From Bugula neritina (lineage: Eukaryota > Animalia > Bryozoa), in the NCBI GenBank assembly GCA_964035545.1, contig OZ037769.1, positions 9,136,129-9,200,128 of the forward strand: 64,000 nucleotides of DNA, read 5' to 3'. The translations under genes were made by a program, and so were the position numbers. The notes beneath the pieces are model-generated. The model was not told the origin of the DNA and ran no database searches. It saw nothing but the letters and a program-made list of their open reading frames with translations. Below are positions 23,849 to 36,700 of the stretch, piece by piece. Every line of letters starts with the position of its first letter. The stretch's first letter is position 1.

Positions 23849-26800
23849 ATGACAATGCTAGCGTCTGGTGCCGATGATCTTAGGGTGTGGGATGGAAAGA
23901 AGAGTGATGATCTTATCAAACAATACACTCCAAATGTATCTAAAGTTTCTTCTTTGTCTTGGAACTACAATAGTGAGTATTAATATTATCATTGTTAGAT
24001 TATAAGCATGTTATAATTATTACTTATCGCATGATAGCAAAATTTATATGTTTGTATGCTGTACTGGTTTAAGTTTAAAGTAATTTCATTGATGTGATTT
24101 AGAGTACTAGTTCTGGTAATTAAAAGTTAGATTGTATAACTATCTGTAAAAACAAAAGCAATTGTAATTGCAATTAATTACATTCATTTTAACTATAATT
24201 ATAATTGCAGTTGTAATTGACAAATTTAAATGTAATTGTAATGAATTACATTCATATGTAATTGACCCTAACTCTGATGTGCAGAATATATATGCTGTTT
24301 TGTCTTTCATTTAGACAGTCAAGTTGTATCTATCTCTCCCGGAGGTTGTAGTATTGATGTTACCCACTTGGACTCTGATATGCAGACTGTCTCATACCCT
24401 ATTCTAGTGAGTATAGATTATATGTTACACTGCTTGTGATAACCTAGAGAAGAAGGGAAATTATGTTAGTCTGTCTAATGTGAGAATATTATGTTTCTCG
24501 TTAGGATGAAGCTGTTTGCCTAAGTTGGAGCAACAACGGGAAGCATATCGCATTGGGATGCACGGACCATGAAGTCAAGATTTTCGATCTTAAAACTCAA
24601 ACCACCAAAAAAACATATAAAGTATGATAATTTTATAGTTAAACCAAGTGATGTATAGATTGCAGTTTTCTGATTCGAGTTTACTCTAATGTTTGTATTT
24701 AGGGACACAAATCACCGTTGACATGTGTCACCTACAACTACAATGATACGGCTATAGCCAGTTCTTCTAAGAATGGAGAAGTAGTATTACATAATACCAT
24801 CACAGATTTGACTACTCGACTGATAACTACTATTAAACTACAGGTAAGCTCTCTGGTAGTTTTGAAGGTGTTGCTGGCTCAGTGTTTCTAGAATGTTCTG
24901 CTGTGAGTGACATGATTGGCCGGTTGTTGCAGGCAATACAGGGTTTGCAGTATAGTTACCATCATCACTCAATGATAGCCTCAGTGTCTGATGACGCCTC
25001 CCTTGTACTTTGGGATACGGGAGCTCGGCGCTCCATCCACCAGTTTACAAGGTCGCACAAGGCTCCAGCTACAGATCTCATGTTTTCTCCTGCTAATGAC
25101 AAATTGCTATTGAGCTGTGGACTGGATAAAAATATTGTATTATACGATGTTTTAAATAAAAGGTAGAGTTATACTCACTAAATGATGATAACTTATTTAG
25201 AGTTTTCTTACATGCAAAATTAGCAAGTTAGAGATTTATCAAATGAAACGAGCTTACATTGTGTGTGTCATGCTGGTACGCAGTGTGAGCATTAGTTTAC
25301 TGCTACAAGTATAATAATATTTCTCCCCTCTGCTTACAGTATAGTGAGGACACTGCAGGTAGACACCCCTCTCTCTACCATCTCAATGAACTCTAATGGT
25401 TACCAGATAGCCACGGGTACTATCAAAGGACAGATACTGCTACATGACTTGCGGGTTGGCTCTGAAATACAGCACAGGTTCACAGCACACAGATCTTCAG
25501 TACATTGTCTAGCATACGAGAGCAAGATACGACCAAAGGTACTACTCTATTGTGACTAGCATGTATGCACTCTCTCCATACTCTCTCCATACTCTCTCCA
25601 TACTCTCTCCATACTCTCTCCATACTCTCTCCTTACTCTCTCCATACTCTCTCCATATCACCCATCATTATTTCACATAATTATTTCACACTTTGTCATC
25701 ATTTGTTGTGTGAAAGTATCATCAATATACAAATCTAGCCACTGCAACACAAGTATTCCTGGTAGTGGGATAGAGAATACATGTGTTTACGGTTCATTGC
25801 TCATTAGTACAGCCCGGTACTGGTTTCCAAAACCACCCATAGTTTGTTGCATTGACTTTAGAAATCGAAAAGTACATCATCTCACCGGAGTAGCAGTATA
25901 GATAGTTATGATTCTAAACATGTGATTGAAGAGGATTACCCCCTCCCACAACATGCTCCACTTACTACATTGGATCAGAATGCTAAGAATGGTGCAATGC
26001 TAGAGAAATTGACTTCACCACGATTTCCTAACAATCCCAAACGTGGGTACTCAGTGTAGAAAATAATACAGTTAGTACAATGGATATAATGAGTATAGTG
26101 TGTACAGTTAGTATAGTGTGTACAGTTAGTATAGTGTGTACAGTTGGTATAGTGTGTACAGTTAGTATAGTGTGTACAGGTAGTGTAGTGTGTACAGTTA
26201 GTATAGTGTGTACAGTTAGTATAGTGTGTACAGGTAGTGTAGTGTGTACAGTTAGTGTAGTGTGTACAGTTAGTATAGTGTGTACAGTTAGTATAGTGTG
26301 TACAGTTAGTATAGTGTGTACAGTTAGTATAGTGTGTACAGTTAGTATAGTGTGTACGGTTAGTATAGTGAGTACAGTTAGTATAGTGTGTACAGTTAGT
26401 ATAGTGTACAGTTAGTACAGTGTGTACAGTTAGTATAGTGTGTACAGTTAGTATAGTGTGTACAGTTGGTATAGTGTGTACAGGTAGTATAGTGTGTACA
26501 GTTAGTATAGTGTGTACAGTTAGTATAGTGTGTACAGTTAGTATAGTGTGTACAGTTGGTATAGTGTGTACAGTTAGTATAATGAATCTCTTTAGATTTT
26601 ACTACAGTGGATATAGTGATGTTTGTGTTGACAGGTGAAGGAGTTGCGCCGCTCAACTACAGTGCTGAAGGCAATAAATCTGCGAGTATTTCTCTGGGAG
26701 TAGACAACTCTCTATTCTCACCTGGTAAGTTAGTTCTCCCTGTTACTGTATGCATATTAATACTCACGATAGACAAATATTGCAAAGCAACTAGCACAAC

Positions 26801-29800
26801 ATTTAGTGTCATCTCTTCTATACTGCAGTGCTTGCGTAGATTAGTTAGAATCAATACACTACTTCTCTGGTTAGTGTATCTGCATTCACCAAGTTGTAAA
26901 TCCATCGCTACTCTATCTGTAATCGATGGCTATTTTTACTGACCTGTTTACCTGCATATGAGAGTTCATGTATTTTGATTATATCACTCATAGAAAGTTT
27001 TGTATCAGTTTAGTATTCCTTACATAAAATATTAGAATACACAACAGCATGCTGAGTGGTTTCATTGTGAGTTGATAAGGTCAGATTACTCCAGTATAAT
27101 GCCTGCTACTCCAGTTGCTAGATCATGTTACTATACCATGCATTCATGTTACTCATTGAATAGCAGTCTCATGAATGGTATAAGGGAAAGCAATGTAACA
27201 GCTCTTTGCTATAGTATATGTATAAAGAATGCAGTCAACTATTTGTTCCATTAAGATAAACTGTTTAATATAATCTTTGTCAACAACTGAAACAAAAGGT
27301 ATAAGTGATGTGTTTATTTACAATTGATTTCAGATGAAATGACATGTTTGATACTAACTATTGAATAAGCTGGTTACTACTGCTAACTATTGATATATTC
27401 ATTATATATCCTATCAGCTGGTTGGCCTACTCTACTCTAACTAAATAACTGAGACTATGTACATGTATTATAATGTTTATTTGCATGTATTAGAGTGACC
27501 TATACCTATGCAGTCTGCAGTTGATATGACTGTGTTTTAAGTGTATCGTGCATTATAATTAGTACCTAGTAGGTACTACCTAGTAGGTACTACCTAGTAG
27601 GTAGTACACAGTAGGTAGTACCTACTAGGTAGTACACTGTAGGTAGGTAGTACCTACTAGGTAGTACCTAGTAGGTACTACCTAGTAGGTAGAACACAGT
27701 AAGTAGTACGTAGTTCGTAGTACCTAGTAGGTAGTACATAGTAGATATTATATCAGTGTATTCTGTGACTCTTACAGACGTGTCAGCTGCTAGTCGCCAT
27801 TCGTCTGCATACAGAGAGAATCAGTCCTTCAACTCAGCAGAATCTGCGCTGGCTGATAGACTTGCAGGTAAAATAATGCATCTCACTTCTAGTCACTCCA
27901 CTCTGATCAATTTAAAGGTTATGCTATGGAATCCCATAAGTCTAGTGCCCCTAAATTTTGAGCAGTTTAAAGCAACTTACTTGGAAGATATATTTTGATA
28001 TTAAACCAATCCGATCATCAAGATCAACAGTTCACCTGATCATCTCTGCAATGTAATCTCAAGACATTAGTTTAAATATAATTGAATCACTATTTTCACA
28101 TCAATTATATGTTGTAAAGTTGGGTTTTTAGTTTTCGATATATTTATTCCAACAAAAACATTCTCAGCCAATTCTGTAAAGGTTGAGGTATGTTTTGGTT
28201 ACCATGGAATCAATTTAGCTTTGTCTGTACATAATGTGTAGGCAACTCGGTGTTCTCCCCAGCAGAAGATATAGTGCCACATCACCAGCCAACTCAGTCC
28301 TTACACTCTGCTAATCTCCGCAATCAGGTCGTGTCTCAAGATGTCCCTCAACACCCTGTCTCCAAGAGTAGATCTCAAGCTAATGTGAGTACCTTGCTGC
28401 CAAAGCTACAAACTTATTTGGCTTTATTGACTGTAGAGATGAGTTCTCCTGATTAATTATGATTTAGTATTCAGCAGGTACTAATAACTTCATGCGTGTT
28501 GAACATTAAATTAGCTATTTTAGTAGCAGCTCTCTAGTTGATTATTAGCTCACCAGTGAAGGCCTGCCCCCCTTGTGTTCATCTCAGTTTGATCCAACCA
28601 GTTCGTAGGGTTCTCTTTAGATTGAACATTTTTCTTTTGCAATACTTGGTTTGCACTCTCTGGTAGTTACATACACTTGGTTTGCACTCTCTGGTAGTTA
28701 CATACACTTGGTTTGCACTCTCTGGTAGTTACATACACTTGGATTGCCAGTATTTTACTGGTCAAGGCTACCTTTGGTGGATGAAAATGAATTTTGATAT
28801 TAAATTAGCTAGAGTACAACTGTTAACTTTCTTTCAGTAACTTATTTTACTCTTGATCTGGTTTTCAGTTACTAGTTGCAATATATTAATACATCACCTC
28901 AGTCTGCTGAAAGTTACCAATTTGGATATTCAACACAAAATCTAATAGTATTAGTCGCATATTATTTCTGTAGTGGAACTCATAGTTAGAAACTTCATGC
29001 AAGTTTTCATGGCCAGTCTACATTTGCTACCAAATTGGTGTGGGCGTTGCTCATCGCACACCGATTTTGCATGTTTCCATAGAGTGATTGGCCTACAGCT
29101 GAAGTAAGTTCAGCTTAGTAGATAGCCATGATAAATCTTTAGCCTGCTTCCATGTACTCAACTGACTGCAATCAAAATATATCATTACATGGGAAACTGG
29201 TTAAATTTTCATTTGACTTTCCTCAATTTCTGGAATCCTTGCAAATGACATATCTAAGCCCATCATTTCTCATTTAGCTAAATGGCTAAGAGTTGAATAC
29301 AATACTGTAAAAGCGAAAATTACAGGTCTTTCTAAATTAGCAAATTTATATTTAAAGTGATATCTTGGTGAGTACGTATTCACATTGGCAACCCTGCTTT
29401 GTCTGTAGACTCACATAAAGCGTGAGCTGCCAGCTCCTCCTCCTGCTGCCGCTGCTGCTCCTGCTGCTGCTCCTGCTGCTGCTACATCTCACCAACTGTC
29501 ACCTATACAGCATAGACTCAACAATGCTGTGCATTTTTCTACTCCCAAGGAAGGTAAGGTCCCAGTTAGAAGTCACACTAAACCATTTTACTATGATATT
29601 GAGAAATGCATTGACCAAGGGCCACCTGTCATAAACAATTGTCTGCTCTCTTTAGCTTCTCCCACAGATGGAAGAGAGGCCATTGGCGCTGGTGGAGATT
29701 CTACTGATGCTTTTATACAGCAAATGAAAATGGAACTTAAACAGCAGTTAAAGTCAGACATCATGGTAGGAGTTCCACTTCTTTCAAGTAGGCTATGTGC

Positions 29801-30231
29801 TTTTATTTCATGCTGAAGTGGCCATTTAGTGACTATAAAATGGATATAAAACATTAGCAAGATAAAATGTCTACTGAAATTGTTTTTCAAGTAATAATGA
29901 TAATGCTCTAATGATGATGTCCTTATTTTAGGGGGAAGTGAGGGAATTAGTTGAAACAATGAAAGATGACATAAAGCAAGCTATATCTGACCATCATCTT
30001 GAGATGATCAAACAATTTTACTTGATGCAGGTAACAAATATTCTAGTCATTTTACTTGCAAAAATTGTAAAGGATTGCACAACTCCTCTCTAAACGCTGT
30101 GTGCTGTAACATTGATTCTTGTTTAGGTACATGTTGAAACCCAAGCCTCTCATCATTCACTTAACCACAATTTACTCCGAGAAAATGAAGAATTGAAAGC
30201 TGAGATAGAAAGATTAAAAAGATGTTACTAG
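23849..30231 (+). CDS. NEDD1: NEDD1 / GCP-WD (WD40 gamma-tubulin ring complex targeting factor), 14 coding exons
   Basis: Exons with GT-AG and consistent phase: 23849-23972, 24315-24406, 24505-24621, 24703-24843, 24933-25162, 25340-25538, 25862-26042, 26635-26724, 27778-27867, 28242-28384, 29409-29553, 29656-29765, 29932-30030, 30127-30231. Motifs ASGADDLRVWD, TCVTYNYND, HKAPA..FSPAN..GLDK, and C-terminal EMIKQF..LKAEIERLK coiled coil match NEDD1. The low-complexity middle exons are less certain. Confidence 0.9.
25570..25657. repeat. 11-bp tandem repeat CTCTCTCCATA, about 8 copies, NEDD1 intron
   Basis: Visible in sequence. Confidence 0.9.
26092..26582. repeat. 18-bp minisatellite GTATAGTGTGTACAGTTA, NEDD1 intron
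   Basis: Visible; source of the spurious CTVSIV ORFs. Confidence 0.95.
27562..27742. repeat. Quasi-palindromic minisatellite (TACCTAGTAGGTA units), NEDD1 intron
   Basis: Repeated TACCT-AGT-AGGTA and TACCTACTAGGTA units. Confidence 0.8.
28644..28742. repeat. 31-bp tandem repeat, 3 copies, NEDD1 intron
   Basis: ACTTGGTTTGCACTCTCTGGTAGTTACATAC three times. Confidence 0.9.
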
Positions 30232-30780
30232 AGTTGGAGCACCTGCTGCATCTTGTTATTTATATTACAATGGAAGCTATGCATCGGACAGTGCTCTTTG
30301 GTCTGGATGTTCTAAGTACATTAGAATAGTTCCCACATTTTATAACACAGGATGGTGTGCTCAGCAATTGATTAGCTTGACACTTGTGTAAGGAAAGTTG
30401 TAGATAGTAATTTTTATTTTTGTACAGTGGTACATGAAACATCTGTATGATAATGTAAGTACCTTGCTATTTTCTATGGCACTGAATGTTAACAGACATC
30501 CAGTGCCATGGATTTATTTTAAAAGTTAAATACACATTTAGCCATGTAAGACAACTGGGGTTTTTGATGAATTTCACATTTGCTGTTTATTAACTTATAT
30601 TCATAAAAATGAGGCATGTGTATTCTCATGCCAATATAAGCAAGAATTCTAATGGGTATAGAAGATTATAATTCTAGAAATAATTATATAGTAGCAATAC
30701 TTTGTTAAGAAGAAACTAAAGGCATTGTAAGTATAGCTGAGACAGGCTCTCCCTCTCACATTAGCTAATAAGATGAACAC

Positions 30781-33700
30781 CTAGCCTATAGCACTGACAA
30801 CAATCTCAGATGTGGCAGATTCAGTAGAGCGAACAGTGAGTTGCATGGTGACTCCATCTGACAGAGCCAGTTTAGCACGCACTAGTGTCTTGTGTCCACC
30901 TGTAAACACACCAGCCAGCAACAACTGATGAGATGATTTCTCCTCAGGAATCTTGTCTGATCTCTCACAGGGTGCCATTCCAAGGAACTTAATTATTTCT
31001 TTGACTGCCTCTGTAAATATAGCAAGGCTTCAAGTCAACAAACCAAGAAATTGGAAAATAATCATATACACCAATTGACAAGTATCTATTTTAAATAATT
31101 TTACAGAGAAATCCTCTGGACATGCTTTAAGAATGATTAGATGTATTCCAGTAATGCTATGTATGGACAAGGATTCATTAGCAGTAAACAAAACCCAGAT
31201 AAGTGAAAAGTACAACACATGATTTCTCCACTGTTTTCAAATGAATACCAGTAGCAGTATTAGTGACTGTTAGCTCATTCAAGCTAGCGCATCCTTTTGT
31301 CACCCAAGCAGAAACCAAGTCTCAACACAGAAGTTAAATGAAACTACAAACCTTCTAAAGATGTCATGTGACTCAGCGCAAAAGTATCCTCTAATTCATA
31401 AGTTGGTCCGAGTTCCTCCCAAGCTGCTGCAAAGTTAGCCAGTGACACTTTCTGCATGTAGTCTGCCACAGCTATATCCACATCCTCCAGGGCGTACTCG
31501 TCATCGTACCCCTCGTCATCAGCTTCACCAGTAGCAGGATCACAGTCTTTAACCAAGTATTTTAATAAGCAAGCAAATGTGCCAGCAGCTGCAACAGATA
31601 GCAACTATTCACAAACTGGGACCTATAAGATGCACATAAAATGCATCTAGCAAATAAAACTGAATAAAACAAATTTTATCAAAGCATACCATTAGAATGA
31701 GCCAGCATTTTACTTGACATATAGTCTGTGTAGCTTTCACACAGTGCGGCATTTTGTTTTGTATGCTAGAAACAATTTATTATAAAGATAAAATTTAAAA
31801 AGACTGGTTTGCGGACCAGTAATATAAACTTTGGACCTACCTCCCCCACCCTCCGGTAGTTCCACTATGGTATATGTAGTGCTAGCTGTATTGAATACAA
31901 GTTTCTCAGCTGGAATAGTAGCTACAACATTAAACTCTTCAGAGCTCTCCATTTGCACGTATGCATTCTCTAATATCTGGTCATTCAGGGTGTTGGTGCA
32001 GTCAAACTAAAATAACCATGACATATGATATACTAACAGTAGACACTAGTTGGTAGCCTTATACATGAGCAATGTTTAGAAAAGCCTTAGCTGTCAACAA
32101 GAAAATTATCTCCCTGATAAGTGCAGTCCGATGCATGCATTACCAACATGTAGCAGCTAAGCTATTGATCACACGTTGGAAAACATTCGGAGTAACACAC
32201 CAACCTGAAAGACAATATGTTGGGGAAAGACGTGTTTAACACATCTGACAACATATTCAGTTTCACTTTCAGTAAGCTCCATGGGAGGTGAGGACTTGAA
32301 CACTGTTCCTAGTTTAGCTATCTGTGGTATAGCAGACAGCTGCTCAGCATACACATCCTGGGTGGTACCCATCTACAACAGATCACGATAATAAATAACC
32401 TTTTATAAGGAAAATAAAGTCAGGATGACAAAAAATAAACAGAGAACTCAACAAGTGCTTAAGTCATTGCTTTCCTAACAATAAAACTAAATAATAAACT
32501 ATATTATTAAAGCCAAATTCAAGTCCTAGCAAAGAAAAATACTAAGATTTACAAGCGCTTTGGTAAATATTCAGGTTACAGTTACGCCCACCTTTTTGTC
32601 TCTGGGAGAGTCCCCGTGAGTACCGAGGCCACCAGGTGCAGCTGAAGGTCGCTGCTCAGCCATAGGCTGGGTGTCAATGGGTACAGTCTTGATGTCAAAC
32701 GGTTGCGAGGGAGATAAATCCAAAGTATAATTCTGAAGAGCTCTTTCTAATCCTACCACAGAGACCTGCAGACCTGCACAAACAAAGGTGTAGAAAATTG
32801 TAAGAAACATCAGCCAATCACAGCAAATATTTAGGCAGCTAATCTTCAAGTATTATTACTTCCACCACCACATATTGCTGTATGCATTACAACTACATTG
32901 CATAATGTGTATACATGTGTTTATTCATGATAAGTTGATAACTAATCTGGATTTGTCTTCTCATTATCTAGTCTATTTGCTAGTCTGACAGTTATTTGGT
33001 ATTAGTTGCCAGTAGCTGTAACTCGTGAGTTTCAAATACCTGCATACCAAGTATTATGACGTCCTCAAAGTGTCAATATCAATACAGTAAGAAGCAAAGC
33101 ACAGATGGATATATCAGGTATAAATAATCTAGTTCTCAATACCACTTTATATATACTGTATATGCACAGCAGATATATAATGTGTGTTTCGTATTGCATT
33201 GTGTACATACAGAATAGCTCATTGACTAGAAAGCTCTTATACCAACCATTAAGGATGTACTGAGAGTTGAGAGATGCTTGCTTCTGTTGAAGTATAGTTA
33301 AATAGAGAGTAGCTCGATCTCTCACCTCATCATCCGTGTCCATACAGCACCTACAATAATCAATACAGCACCTACAATAATCAATACAACACCTACAATA
33401 ATCAATACAGTACCTACAGTAATCAAAACAGTACCTTCAATAACACAGTACCTACAATAACACAGTACCTACAATAACACAGTACCTACAATAACCAATA
33501 CAGTACCTTCAATAATCAATACAACACCTACAGTAATCAACACAGTACCTACAGTAATCAATACAACACCTCCAATACTCAATACAGTAACCAATACAGT
33601 ACCTCCAATAATCAATACAGTAATCAATACAGTACCTACAATAACACCACCGTTAAAGTTAATGAGGAGTTACGCTACCTCTGCAGTAAGACAATAGTGC

Positions 33701-36700
33701 TGTCCAACAGCTCCTCGCAATGAGCTCCAAACTTAGCCAGTGCCGTAACAGCAGCAGCCCTAACGTTAGCACTCTCCAGAATCACTCTGTTGTAGATGAA
33801 CCTGATGTACTTGCTGGGCTGCTTGGTGCGAGGACCTTCACGGCCAAGGAGATGAAGAATACGGGTGGCCAGCACCTGTACCGCAGAGTATAAGTACATA
33901 TAGTACATAGTAACTAGTGCACAGTAAATAGCAAATAGTACACAGTACATGGGATATAGTACATAGTAAATGGTAACCAGTAACCCGCTACCCGAACAAG
34001 TTGTGGCGGAGAGGTAAGAAAAAAAAATAGAAACTAGTAAACAGTGAATAGTACATACTACATAGTAATAATTAGTAAGTAGTACATAGTAAATAGTACA
34101 TAGTAAATAGTACATCACAATGCAGTAAACTAGCCAGTACCTCAACACATATTATGATAACAAGGCCATGTTGCATACACTGCAATTAGGTCATCGAATA
34201 CAGTGTAATTAGGTCATAATAACAAGGTCAAGTAATATACTTACAGTGTGTTCACAGTCCTCAATGAACTCACACAGGTGACTGAGGCCGGGCTCTTTGC
34301 CTTCCCCATTCTCATCCACGATAGCAATGATAGTGTTGACTATCGCCTTCTTATACTCAAACCCGCCTTCTTCACGCAGCATTGTCGCTAGAAATTGCAT
34401 CATCACGCCATGTTTCCGGGGATATTTTTGACACAGGGCTCTATAATATATAGAATACTTTCTTACTACATCAAGAATATATTATATCAGGTCAGTGTCA
34501 TAGCATCAGACTTGCCGAGTACCATACGGATAAATATATATAACTATTCTATAAAGCAAAAGTCACGTGACCAGTTTACCACAAAGACTTACTGAATAGC
34601 CTGCACGACTACAATCTTGAACTCATCGGAGATTTCAGACATGAAAGAGCTGATTTGCTTCATCAACCTGTCAACACTACTCTCAGAGCCAGTCTACAAG
34701 TTATACAAAGCACAAGGGTGAAACACACGGAGAAGTAAATTTAGCAACAGTTGTAAAAATACAGCCTTGATACAATAGTTGAAGTGTGAATACAGAGTTG
34801 TCCTATCAATATTTGTACGACAAAATATAGCAGATATTGCATATGAGGAGTGCTATAGATGTATCTGGGGAGATAGTACTATCAGTACTGAGTACAGTGC
34901 AGAGTTTGTAGTGAGTCAAGAGTGATAGTAGTGGCAGTACTGAGTATAGTATAGAGTGTGCAGTTAGTTAAGAATGATATATAACTAGCAGTACTGAGTA
35001 CAGTAGAGTATGCAGTACTAGCAGTACTGAGTATAATACAGAGTGTATAGTAGAGTGCAGTGAGTCAAGAGTGATATATAACTAGCAGTACTGAGTGTAG
35101 TAGAGTGTACAGTGATAGTACACTACTCTTACCTTCAGCAGGGTGGTGATAGCCAGAGTGGCAATGCTCCTGTTAGTGTCAGTTATCAGATTCTCCAGGT
35201 CAAGGTTGCAGGCGATAACAGCACTGGGGTGTTTCATTGCAACTTTATTCAGCGTTTTCACAGCAGCAAACCTAATGTAAGACATAACTGGTACAGAATG
35301 TACAGAATACAACAGGCCTCTTTGTAACTTCTGTGATCTTTTATAACCACAGCAGGTAGATCAAATGCTTATATAGAATATAGTACATAGTAGAGTGTCT
35401 TATTTGAGTTAAATGTGTTTGTTACTTTTTACCATCATTTCACATACATTGCCTTACTAGTTGTATCTACTACATTTCATTAACTAAACTCAATACTCGG
35501 TTAGGATATGGCAACAATAATTATCAAACAGAAGGCGTAACTTCGTCCTCGTCCTATGACATACCTGAGGGTGGGTTTAGGAGAGCTACAGAAGAGTTGC
35601 AGGACGCTGACTGCAGGAGCAAGTTCCTTACCACTCGTGTGTTTCATGCTGACAATAGCATGCGCTGCCTCGTAGATAACAATCTCACTCTTGTGTCTTA
35701 AACAGCCCTCTATCAGGTCAAACATCGGACTGTCACTTCTACAACAGCAACTTAATGAGGTGGCCATAATGCAGGGTATAGTGACTATAATAAGGTGTGT
35801 ATTGAATATATACATTACATGGCTAATGAAACACTATGTGCAGTGACTGTACAGTGTGGTGTCTGTAGTACAGTGTGATGTCTGTAGTACAGTGTGGTGT
35901 CTGTAGTACAGTGTGATGTCTGTACTACAGTGTGGTGTCTGTAGTACAGTGTGATGTTTGTAGTACAGTGTGATGTATGTAGTACAGTGTGGTGTCTGTA
36001 GTACAGTGTGGTGTATGTAGTACAGTGTGGTGTATGTAGTACAGTGTGATGTCTGTAGTACAGTGTGATGTCTGTAGTACAGTGTGATGTCTGTAGTACA
36101 GTGTGATGTCTGTAGTACAGTGTGGTGTCTGTAGTACAGTGTGATGTCTGTAGTACAGTGTGGTGTCTGTAGTACAGTGTGGTGTCTGTAGTACAGTGTG
36201 GTGTCTGTAGTACAGTGTGGTGTCTGTAGTACAGATGTGTAACAGATGAATACACAGTATACTTATTAATAGCATAAAGTAACATATTGAAAGTAGGAGA
36301 GAAATTAGGACATGCTATAAGACTCCATGAGGTTAGTTTTGTTGCAAAATTTAAAGATCTAAGAATTTACCCCAAATCTTCCTCTTCAATCAGCTTGGCA
36401 GCGATTCTGATCTACAAAACCACAAGTGAAGATGTAATATATTTTCTGTGTCAGTTAATGTCAACTTTCAGATATTATAGTCTATAGAGTAGCTTACTAG
36501 TAGACAGTATATTATAGTAACTTACAAATAGATAGTATATAGTAACTTACTAGTAGACAGTATATAGTAACTTACCAGTAGACAGTATATAGTAACTTAC
36601 CAGTAGACAGTATATAGTAACTTACCAGTAGACAGTATATAGTAACTTACTAGTACACAGTATATAGTAACTTACTAGTAGACAGTATATAGTAACTTAC

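Noticed and set aside
26080-26656. Cys/His-rich repeat ORFs (CTVSIV, HYTNCT)
   Set aside because: 18-bp intronic minisatellite that happens to be stop-free; the flanking NEDD1 exons splice across it in phase.
35815-36285. His/Tyr-rich repeat ORFs
   Set aside because: 19-bp intronic minisatellite read through three frames.
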